Origin: Candidatus Latescibacterota bacterium
GTDB taxonomy: Bacteria; Latescibacterota; UBA2968; UBA8231
NCBI GenBank assembly: GCA_965203175.1
Contig: OZ241867.1
Location: 4,992,001 to 5,056,000, forward strand
DNA length: 64,000 nucleotides
Direction: 5' to 3'
This document shows, piece after piece, positions 56,277-64,000 of the stretch. Each line of letters opens with the position of its first letter. Position 1 is the first letter of the stretch. A program made the position numbers and the translations under genes. Below the pieces are notes generated by a model. It did not search any database and had not been told where the DNA came from. It worked only from the letters and a program-made list of their open reading frames with translations.

Positions 56277-58214
56277 ATGAGCCGAAGTCTGGTATTGCCG
56301 CTGATAGCCTTGGTATTTTGCGCCATTCTGACCGACGTGAGCCATGCGCTGACCATCTACCGCATCGGCGGCTCCGACCTGCCGCCGCCCGAGCGCGACG
56401 CGCCTTTCGACTTCATCCAACTAGAATGGGCCGATATCGACGCCAAGCAGCACGGCAGTACCCTGCTGACGGAGATCAGCACGACCCTCGCGCCCGAGCA
56501 ACTAGACCCCATAGTCAACCTGACACCGTTGCTGGATGAACGAGGTGGAAAAATCGAAACGCTGCGCTCGATCGTGGGTTGGGCCGATTTTCCCGCCCGC
56601 GACGCACCGATGTTCGACGGCGACCCCACCACTCACTTTCTCGGTGACGGCGATTGGGGCGGAGACTACGGCGCGATAGAAAACAAAGTGCTGGTATTTG
56701 ATATGGGCGGATTATTCAACATCGACCGGGTGCGCTTCTATCCCCGAGAAAAGCACCTTGTAGATCGCTTTATCCAGACCGTTATAGTCGGCATCAACGA
56801 CGGTGACCCGCTCAAGGACGGGACTCGGGAATACCTAGTAGGCGAGGGATGGAGACGGCGGCCGCCAGGCGCGCGGAAAGACTTTGAAATCGTCCTCAAC
56901 GCCACTGAAAACACCCGCTCCGATATCGTCATCGAAATGCCCGACCGGCCGATCCGCAACATCCTATTTGAAGCGCCGGCCAACATCCGCGGCGTCTGGG
57001 AAATCGCCGAATTTGAAATTTACGGCTCCGGTTTTGCACCACAGGCTACCTACGTCTCCAATGTGATCGATCTAGGTCAACCCGTTAGCTTGGGCCGACT
57101 CAACTGGTCTGCGCAGGAGGACGAAGGTGCGGCGATTGATTTGACTATGCGCAGCGGCGACGATTCCGATCCCAACACCTACTGGCGCAAAACGTTCCGC
57201 GGCGACGAGACTACGCGCTATAGCGATGGCAAAGCCTTGGTTTTGTCCACGTACAAGAAACTGGACAAAGGGGAGCGAGCCGGAATCACGCCGGATACCG
57301 AAAACTGGCAAGCTTGGAGTCCCCCGTACGATCTAGCCCTCAGCAGCGGCGACCTCGCCGGCAACAAGCCGCGGCAATTCGTCCAGTTTGCCGTCCAGTT
57401 CTCTTCCACTGCGGAAGCGGGCGGATGGCTGCATTACCTGCAATTTGAAGTATCCAATCCGCCGGTGGCATCCCAAGCCCTGGCCGAGATCGTCCCCGTG
57501 GAGGTGCCGGCGGGCGCAGTAACGCAGTTTACCTACAAGATCCTGCCGCGATTAACCGGCACTGATCTGGGTTTTGACAGCATTGAGATCAAAACGCCAG
57601 CTCGGGTCGCCAGCATCGATCAGGTCCGACTGGAAGGCTTGCCGGTGGATTTCACCGAGGTCCGAGTGGAAGAGAATGGATTTGAGTTGCGAATTCCCCG
57701 CATGGACCTACAGCGCACCAACGAATTGCTGGAAGTGGATTTCCAAGCCCAGGTCTTCCAGTTTGGCACGGTATTCGCGGCGCGGATTTTCGATAGCGAG
57801 CAGCCCCACGAAGTGCATCAGGAGGTCACGGCAGGGGATGCCGATCAACTGGTCGATAGCAACACCTTGAGTGTCGGTCTGATAGCTATCGACAAAAAGG
57901 CGGTCAACGTCCTGCGCCTGCCCACGCGGGCGTTCACCCCGAATGGGGACGGTGCCAACGATCTGCTGCGAATTCAGTACGAATTGCTCAATCTGGGTGC
58001 CGTACCAGTGGCTATTGATCTATACGATCTTTCGGGACGGCGCATCGGCGAGATATATCGTGGCACCGCAGCCAGCGGCAGTTTTGAAGTGACTTGGGAT
58101 GGTCGCGATGCCCAAGCCAACTTGGTGCCGCCGGGCCTCTATATCCTGCGCCTAGAGGTGGATAGCGACGGGGGGATGGAATCGAAGGAACGAGTGGTTT
58201 CGCTGGTTTATTGA
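56277..58214 (+). CDS. Large secreted TPNGDG/FlgD-CTD protein (subtype I)
   Basis: Signal peptide. Motifs YRIGG, MFDGDP, IDLG...LGRLNW, RSGDDSDPNTY, NWQAWS, FTPNGDGAND and WDGRD...PPGLY; ends VSLVY. Confidence 0.8.
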   Translation: MSRSLVLPLIALVFCAILTDVSHALTIYRIGGSDLPPPERDAPFDFIQLEWADIDAKQHGSTLLTEISTTLAPEQLDPIVNLTPLLDERGGKIETLRSIVGWADFPARDAPMFDGDPTTHFLGDGDWGGDYGAIENKVLVFDMGGLFNIDRVRFYPREKHLVDRFIQTVIVGINDGDPLKDGTREYLVGEGWRRRPPGARKDFEIVLNATENTRSDIVIEMPDRPIRNILFEAPANIRGVWEIAEFEIYGSGFAPQATYVSNVIDLGQPVSLGRLNWSAQEDEGAAIDLTMRSGDDSDPNTYWRKTFRGDETTRYSDGKALVLSTYKKLDKGERAGITPDTENWQAWSPPYDLALSSGDLAGNKPRQFVQFAVQFSSTAEAGGWLHYLQFEVSNPPVASQALAEIVPVEVPAGAVTQFTYKILPRLTGTDLGFDSIEIKTPARVASIDQVRLEGLPVDFTEVRVEENGFELRIPRMDLQRTNELLEVDFQAQVFQFGTVFAARIFDSEQPHEVHQEVTAGDADQLVDSNTLSVGLIAIDKKAVNVLRLPTRAFTPNGDGANDLLRIQYELLNLGAVPVAIDLYDLSGRRIGEIYRGTAASGSFEVTWDGRDAQANLVPPGLYILRLEVDSDGGMESKERVVSLVY

Positions 58215-58230
58215 CTTGAGAACTCAGTAG

Positions 58231-60858
58231 GTGGTAAGAGATATGGAACGGATTCTTAAGCGCATAAGCTGGGCGGTCTTGTCGGCGGTTCTGGGTACGG
58301 CGGCGTATGGTCAGGGGGCGGGCCATCAGGTGACGACCAACCAGGTAGTGGTCGACAGAACAGCGCACTGGCGCAACTGGACCTTCCCCCAAGGGGTAGT
58401 GGAAATTTCGCCCAGCGGTGCCTTGACGCCGCACCAGTTGCACCGCGACATCAACGCGGTACAGGACATCGCCGCTTATCTGCAAGCCCGCCCACCCGAA
58501 GGAGTAAAAAAGGCCCCCGAAGAAATTACTGTCTTGGACGGCATCCAGGCCGGAACTGCTGGCAACCGGGCGGACGTGGTCAACCTTTTTGACGGCGACC
58601 TAGAAACGTACTGGCAGCCCGACCCGCCCACGGGTGAGGGCGAGTTGGCCAGCCAATGGTGGTTTATCGTCGATCTGGGTCGGCTAGTGATGGCCAAGAG
58701 CATCGTGCTGAAGTTCGTCGACGAGGAATTGGGCGATCCCTTCCTGCAGTTCGATGTGCTGGTGTCCCAGGGTAACAAGCCCCCGCGCTCGGACTCGTTC
58801 AAATACACCGCTATGTGGCGGACCCTTAAGCCCAACAAGGAACAGCGGCTCTTCGAGATCGACATGAAGTTGGAGCGCGAGTTCGAGGGTGCCGGCATTC
58901 GCTTCCTGCAGGTGGTAGTGACCGGCAGCAATTTCGGCCGGGGTCGAGAAGTCACTCAGGCCGAATACGACCAGCTAGCCGCCAACGAGCGGGGCGAGGT
59001 CGATTATTTCAAGCTCCATGCCGACGGGCGCGAGACCCTAGTGACGCAGGAAGTACACCCCCAACTCGAGCCCGGGCAACAAGGCCCGGTGCGCTATTAC
59101 CGGGCTGAGCGTCCACGGCTGGCCGAGTTGGAAGTGTGGGTGGAAGGCGACGAAATCCTCACCGGGGCGCTGGACAGGGGAGGTTTCGGCACGGCTACCC
59201 AGACGGCATCGATCAATAGCTTGATTGACGGGCAGATCGAAAGCAAAGTGCAATTCATCTACACCTATGGCCGGGGATCGCTCAAGTCGCCCGAAGGGGA
59301 GGTGTTTTTCGACCTAGGTGCCTTTTACTGGATTGACGCCTTCAGGCTGGCCTACGGCGGTTCCAGTTTTTCCGATTACCGACTGGATTTTTCGGACGGC
59401 ACGCTGGCCGCCGACGGCAGCATCAAGTGGAACACCGCCGTTGACCGCGAGCAGCGGAGTGGCTGGGGGCCTTCAGCCTTGGGCCTAGGCTACGGGCGGT
59501 ATGAAGGTAACGATTTCGAGCGGCTTAAAGCCCGTTTTTTTCGCTTTGTCTGGAAGCAGTTCGAAAGCACCAGTTCCACGGGCAAAGGCGGAGCCACCGG
59601 TCAGCCAGCGGAGATGCAGTTATACGGGCGGGGTTTCCTACCCGAAGTAACGCTGACCTCCGATTTGATCCGTTTGCGAGGCAGCCGCAACCTGCTCTCC
59701 GTCGAGTGGGACGCCGACACGCCACCCGGCACGAGCGTGCTGATCCAGACCCGTACTGGCAATGAGTTGAGTGAAACCCTGCATTACTTCAAAAAAGACG
59801 GCACGGAAGTATCCAAGGAAGACTACGACAAGCTGCTGTCGATCTTCCGCGGCGAGATCGTCGCCGAAGAAACCGCCGGTTCCGACTGGGAGCCGTGGAG
59901 CCAGCCGTACGAAGACCCGGCCGGTTCGCCGGTGACTTCGCCCAGCCCGCGCGAGTTTCTGACTTTGCGGGCGACCTTGCTGTCGGACGATCCAGCGGTC
60001 AGTCCGACCTTGCGCTCAATTCGGCTCAACTTTAGCAATCCCGTCGCTCAGGGCCTCACCGGTGAGATCTCGCCGTTTCAGGTGGACCAACTGGGTCAGG
60101 AGCAGATGTTTTCGTTCTATGTGCGTCCAGACTTCGGGAGTCGGGATCCGGGCTTCGACCAGTTGCTGCTGGTGGCACCGCCTGATATGCCGCTGCGCTT
60201 CGTGGGACTATATGCCGGTGCCGAGGATGCCTTCGGTCCCAGCACTGACCTATCCAGTCTAGCCATGGCCGACGTGGAGGTGATGCAGACGCGCGTGGAC
60301 AGCTTGCAACTGGCCTTCCCGCCGGTGGGACCGAGCTCAGGCGTAGAAGTGCTGCGGCTCGATTTTGCGACGGCGTTGTTTTCAACGGGCGCGGTGATGC
60401 GGACGCTGTTAAAAAATAGCGGCGAGGGAGAGGGCAACTGGCAACGCGTCGATGCCGGCAACGCGCTGGACGGCATCGAGAGCAACACCACGACGCTGGT
60501 CGGTGCGGTTCAGAGCACCTCGCTGCTGACAGAGGTAGAGGTGATACCGCGAATCTTCACACCCAACGGCGACGGCGTCAACGACCAAGCTCAATTCGCC
60601 TTCAAGGTGGTGCGGGTGGGCGACGATAGCCCGGCGGAAGTGGAAGTTTTCGATCTGGCGGGCCGTCAGGTGCGTCGGTTGGTCGAGCAGCGAGATTTGA
60701 GTACCGGCTCCTATTCCATCGGCTGGGACGGCAGAGACGACGCAGGGGCTTTGGTGCCGCCTGGAGTGTATTACGCTCGTTTGCGGATCGACACCGACAC
60801 CGAGGGTGCTGGCATCGATGGCGAGCAGGTCCTGAAAACCATTGCCGTCGCGTACTGA
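58231..60858 (+). CDS. Large secreted TPNGDG/FlgD-CTD protein (subtype II)
   Basis: Signal peptide (start may be ATG 58243). Motifs HWRNWTFP, LFDGDLETYW, VDLGR, QTRTGN, SPSPREF and FTPNGDGVND; ends IAVAY. Confidence 0.8.
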   Translation: MVRDMERILKRISWAVLSAVLGTAAYGQGAGHQVTTNQVVVDRTAHWRNWTFPQGVVEISPSGALTPHQLHRDINAVQDIAAYLQARPPEGVKKAPEEITVLDGIQAGTAGNRADVVNLFDGDLETYWQPDPPTGEGELASQWWFIVDLGRLVMAKSIVLKFVDEELGDPFLQFDVLVSQGNKPPRSDSFKYTAMWRTLKPNKEQRLFEIDMKLEREFEGAGIRFLQVVVTGSNFGRGREVTQAEYDQLAANERGEVDYFKLHADGRETLVTQEVHPQLEPGQQGPVRYYRAERPRLAELEVWVEGDEILTGALDRGGFGTATQTASINSLIDGQIESKVQFIYTYGRGSLKSPEGEVFFDLGAFYWIDAFRLAYGGSSFSDYRLDFSDGTLAADGSIKWNTAVDREQRSGWGPSALGLGYGRYEGNDFERLKARFFRFVWKQFESTSSTGKGGATGQPAEMQLYGRGFLPEVTLTSDLIRLRGSRNLLSVEWDADTPPGTSVLIQTRTGNELSETLHYFKKDGTEVSKEDYDKLLSIFRGEIVAEETAGSDWEPWSQPYEDPAGSPVTSPSPREFLTLRATLLSDDPAVSPTLRSIRLNFSNPVAQGLTGEISPFQVDQLGQEQMFSFYVRPDFGSRDPGFDQLLLVAPPDMPLRFVGLYAGAEDAFGPSTDLSSLAMADVEVMQTRVDSLQLAFPPVGPSSGVEVLRLDFATALFSTGAVMRTLLKNSGEGEGNWQRVDAGNALDGIESNTTTLVGAVQSTSLLTEVEVIPRIFTPNGDGVNDQAQFAFKVVRVGDDSPAEVEVFDLAGRQVRRLVEQRDLSTGSYSIGWDGRDDAGALVPPGVYYARLRIDTDTEGAGIDGEQVLKTIAVAY

Positions 60859-60874
60859 GGGAGATTGATCCAAA

Positions 60875-61699
60875 ATGGACGAGGAACAGCGCTTCGCTTT
60901 TGACACGTGGGGTTTTCTCACGGTGGAGGATGCAATTACCCCCGAGCAGGTTGCGGCCCTCAAGACGACCGTCGATGCAAAAGGCCCAGAACTCCACTCA
61001 CAGCACGCGGACCGCGGCGGCTTCTGGTCCCAGACTTTCGTCGATTTACTGGACGTTCCGGTGATTTCGGAAATCCTAGCAGAGATCTACGGCGGCCAAC
61101 AACCCGGAGAGCTCCCGCCCTTCCGCATCGACCATATCAACGTGCACACGCACGGCACTTTCAACAAAAATCTCGCCGGGGGGACCATCCACGGCGGCAA
61201 CGGACTCTTGCTAGATCCCAATCGGCCGCACGAGCTGGTCACGCATTACTTCGAGCGCGACCCCGCAAACGGGACGTTTTCCAACGGTCTGGTCACCGTG
61301 GCGTACGAACTAGAGGATACTGTTTGTAACGGGGGTGGGTTCGGCTGTTTGGCGGGCTCGCACAAAGGGCATTACCCCGTCCCAGAAGCGTGGATCGATT
61401 TGTCCAAGAGCGTGCATCCCATGGTCACGCGCGTGCCGGCCCGCGCTGGCACTGCCATTATCTTCACCGAGGCCCTTTTTCACGTCACACTGCCGTGGAC
61501 AGCTCCGAGCACGCGGACCACGCTCTTTTACAAATACATGGAGCGCGGGGAAACCTATTCCGGCCCAGATAACTTTTTCAGCCCAACGGACGCCGACCAA
61601 TGGGAAGGGATCGACGAACGCAAACGCGCAATCCTCGCTCCCCCACCGCAGGCGTTTGTCGAGCGCAAAGCCGAGCTAGCCAAGGCCGCTGCGCAGTGA
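60875..61699 (+). CDS. PhyH-family Fe(II)/2OG oxygenase, HGG variant
   Basis: FDTWGFL, TIHGG in place of HxD, GGFGCLAGSHK, IFTEALFH and RTTLFYKY. Confidence 0.85.
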   Translation: MDEEQRFAFDTWGFLTVEDAITPEQVAALKTTVDAKGPELHSQHADRGGFWSQTFVDLLDVPVISEILAEIYGGQQPGELPPFRIDHINVHTHGTFNKNLAGGTIHGGNGLLLDPNRPHELVTHYFERDPANGTFSNGLVTVAYELEDTVCNGGGFGCLAGSHKGHYPVPEAWIDLSKSVHPMVTRVPARAGTAIIFTEALFHVTLPWTAPSTRTTLFYKYMERGETYSGPDNFFSPTDADQWEGIDERKRAILAPPPQAFVERKAELAKAAAQ

Positions 61700-61710
61700 T
61701 CTAGGCCACC

Positions 61711-62889
61711 TCACGCCACCGTCTGAAACCGCTCCCACGCCTCGCCAGCGGCAGCCGCTTGGCGCTCCAACTCACTGCGCCAACCCACGACTTCTCCGGC
61801 TTTAATGCGTTGGACATCAAATCCCGCGTACCGATCTTCGAGCGTATCCCCCAACTTCTGAGTTTCGGCCCAACGATCCCACGCGGTCTGCATCCACTCG
61901 TGCGGCAACGCCTCGCGCACCGCGGGATCGAGTTGCCACGCATTGCGCGCATCCGCCACCGCCGGCTCCCCAGTGAACGGACCCGACCACTTCGACCAGC
62001 CGATGGACAAGGTGTTGCGCTCGCGCTCGGGGACGGTGTGCCCGGTGTGGATCGTGACCCCATTGCGGATAAGGGCTTCCCCGGGCTTGAGCCGGATCGC
62101 CACTTGGCCCGGCAATGGGTCCTTCCTATTCCAACTAGGCGTGTACGGCACCCCTTGGTCCTTCATGGATTGCGGCAAGAGTACATCGTGCTCAAACGGC
62201 GTGCGCCAGCGCTCGTGGCTGCCGGGGATGAGTTCGTGGCACTCGTCGTCAACCAGTGCCAAGAACATGCTCACGCCATTCCGCTCGGTGAGCGACTTGG
62301 CGTTGTTGGCGCGGATTTCTGCCCAGCGGACTTTTTCGACTTCCTCGGAATAATCCTCCGGAGTTTCCCCCCGGTCGTCCCGTTGCGAAAAATAGGGTTT
62401 GCCCTCGCCCCACCACGTCGTGTCGCGGTGCCAACTGGGCCCACTCTCGTGATGCCGGGGATTGCACCACAACAGCATACCGCTCAGCGTCATATCCTCA
62501 GGCCCAAGCCCATCGCACCACGAGGCGACGAAATTGAGGAAATCGTCCGAGCCGTGGAACTCGGCAAAGCAAGGCTCCTCAAAGGCGGGATGGATAAGGC
62601 CCCGAATCGCCCACGGCTCATTGCCGCCCGCGCGATGGACGTAGCCCTTTGAGCAGTCGATCTTGCTGTAACCATGCTCGGGCGCGCAGGCTTCGGTGAC
62701 GCGGCGGCCAGCCTCGCGGAGTACGGGGATCCACGGGTTATCGACAAAGTCGGTGATAATGACGAAACCATGCTCCCGCAAGTGTTCCAACCGCTCGGGC
62801 GTGGCCCCAGGAGCGGCGAGTTCGGGCTTGGAATCGGCAAAAGCTGTGGCGCGGTAGGTCTCCTGTGCCGGAGATTGCTCGGTAGTCAT
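61711..62889 (-). CDS. PhyH-family Fe(II)/2OG oxygenase
   Basis: Motifs LREHGFVII, WHRD, LIPGSH and LKPGEA...TIHTG. Confidence 0.8.
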   Translation of the reverse strand: MTTEQSPAQETYRATAFADSKPELAAPGATPERLEHLREHGFVIITDFVDNPWIPVLREAGRRVTEACAPEHGYSKIDCSKGYVHRAGGNEPWAIRGLIHPAFEEPCFAEFHGSDDFLNFVASWCDGLGPEDMTLSGMLLWCNPRHHESGPSWHRDTTWWGEGKPYFSQRDDRGETPEDYSEEVEKVRWAEIRANNAKSLTERNGVSMFLALVDDECHELIPGSHERWRTPFEHDVLLPQSMKDQGVPYTPSWNRKDPLPGQVAIRLKPGEALIRNGVTIHTGHTVPERERNTLSIGWSKWSGPFTGEPAVADARNAWQLDPAVREALPHEWMQTAWDRWAETQKLGDTLEDRYAGFDVQRIKAGEVVGWRSELERQAAAAGEAWERFQTVA

Positions 62890-62940
62890 TTTGCACCCCC
62901 TCTTTCGGCGGATGGGAAGGTTGACCCTGTTGTCGGGGTT

Positions 62941-62970
62941 AAGCTACGTTTGGCCTCATTAGCTTGTCAA
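62941..62970 (-). promoter_or_regulatory. Putative sigma70 promoter of the 61711-62889 gene
   Basis: Minus strand TTGACA-N18-TAGCTT. Confidence 0.4.
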
Positions 62971-63041
62971 TGAATTTTAACCCCTATAAGTTTTTTCGAT
63001 AACTTAGATATATCAAACTGACAAATCGCAAAGGCAACGGA

Positions 63042-64000
63042 ATGTACAAAATCGCCTCGCTATTCCTCCTAATGCTATGCAGTGCGCCGCTCCACAGCGA
63101 CGAGGTTGTGCACCGAGCCGCCGTGGAAACCATGGTCAAAGCGACGCGCTATTTTCGCGGCCAAGTGGCCACCAACGGCGGTTATCTCTGGCTCTACCAA
63201 AGCGACTTTACCCGGCGCGAAGGAGAAGGTATCGCGTCGCCGACCACCATCTGGGTCCAGCCCCCGGGCACCCCGTCGGTCGGCATGGCGTTCCTCCGGG
63301 CTTACGACGCCACTGGCGATACCCTCTTCCTCAACGGCGCGGTCGAGGCAGCGCAAGCCTTGGTCTGGGGGCAACTAGCCTCGGGCGGTTGGGATTACCG
63401 GATCGACTTTGCCCCAGAGAAGAGCAAAAACTGGCACTATCGGCGCGATGTCGAACAGGGCGACCGCACAACCGGTAAACGCCGCAACCGCACCACCTTG
63501 GACGACGACAATACGCAGAGCGCCCTGCGCTTGCTCATGCAGGTCGATCAGCGCCTCGATTTTGCCAATGCGGACGTACACCGCGCCGTCCTCTACGGAC
63601 TGGAGTCCCTGCTCAAAGCCCAATACCCCAACGGCGCTTGGCCCCAGCGCTACAGCGAATGGGCCGATCTCAGCCAATTCCCCGTCCAGCAGGCGCGCTA
63701 TCCAGCAAGTTGGTCCCGCCAGTATCCCAAACAGCGCTACCTTGCTTATTACACCTTTAACGACAACGCCATCGCCGATGTCATTGAGACCATGATCGAG
63801 GCGCACAAAATCTACGGCGACGAGCGCTGGCGACGGGCAGCCGAACGAGGCGGTGATTTCATCATCCTGGCCCAGATGCCCGATCCACAGCCAGCTTGGG
63901 CGCAGCAGTACAATTTGGCGATGGAGCCGGCTTGGGCGCGCAGATTTGAGCCGCCCGCCATCACCGGCGGCGAGAGTTTTGGCGTGATGCAAATCCTGTT
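63042..64000 (+). CDS. Secreted pectate lyase, PL10-like, 3'-truncated by the window edge (absent from the ORF track)
   Basis: Manual translation from ATG 63042 gives an MYKIASLFLL signal, IWVQPPGTP, TTLDDDNT, AQYPNGAWPQ, YTFNDN, WAQQY and ARRFEPPAITGGES. Confidence 0.85.
   Translation, partial: MYKIASLFLLMLCSAPLHSDEVVHRAAVETMVKATRYFRGQVATNGGYLWLYQSDFTRREGEGIASPTTIWVQPPGTPSVGMAFLRAYDATGDTLFLNGAVEAAQALVWGQLASGGWDYRIDFAPEKSKNWHYRRDVEQGDRTTGKRRNRTTLDDDNTQSALRLLMQVDQRLDFANADVHRAVLYGLESLLKAQYPNGAWPQRYSEWADLSQFPVQQARYPASWSRQYPKQRYLAYYTFNDNAIADVIETMIEAHKIYGDERWRRAAERGGDFIILAQMPDPQPAWAQQYNLAMEPAWARRFEPPAITGGESFGVMQIL

Noticed and set aside
62987-63006. TAAGTT-N8-AACTTA palindrome as a dif site or operator
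   Set aside because: It does not match the XerC/XerD dif consensus, and no cognate regulator is nearby.
63375-63992. 205-aa minus-strand ORF at the window end
   Set aside because: It is antisense to the truncated pectate lyase, which carries the recognisable motifs.

Overview
This is GC-rich bacterial DNA with about 50 closely packed CDSs. I found no rRNA, tRNA, CRISPR array, transposase or integrase. The gene content includes many FlgD/T9SS-like C-terminal-domain proteins, four Fe(II)/2OG dioxygenases, four Gfo/Idh/MocA oxidoreductases, and LRR and TolB-repeat lipoproteins. This resembles Latescibacterota/Gemmatimonadota-like genomes, often sponge-associated; that placement is an inference only. 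The main signals are five. (1) Five paralogous secreted proteins of 645-875 aa share a TPNGDGxxD...W(D/S/G)GR...PGxY C-terminal domain ending in Tyr. They fall into two subtypes and twice occur as an ordered I-II tandem pair, a candidate undescribed surface system. (2) Two integrase-free cassettes are each bracketed by direct repeats made from the 3' tail of a protein-coding gene. One is a DUF4258 toxin-antitoxin-like pair flanked by tails of a vanished CTD gene. The other is a CARDB/TolB lipoprotein flanked by a 123-bp duplicated oxidoreductase tail with a hairpin over the stop codon. (3) Two unrelated AT-richer lipoproteins share a PTAPAxK...FFGxF leader and the same 13-mer at the upstream stop codon. 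(4) Some enzymes have altered catalytic motifs: a GH32 lacking RDP/EC and a PhyH-family protein with HGG in place of HxD. (5) Other modules are a sugar-acid catabolic cluster, a CP-ATP-grasp/alpha-E/transglutaminase operon, a CDP-alcohol transferase/flippase/DUF3047/GT4 operon, and a binding protein/output-less sensor/MFS trio. All calls come from motif reading by eye; no database searches were run.
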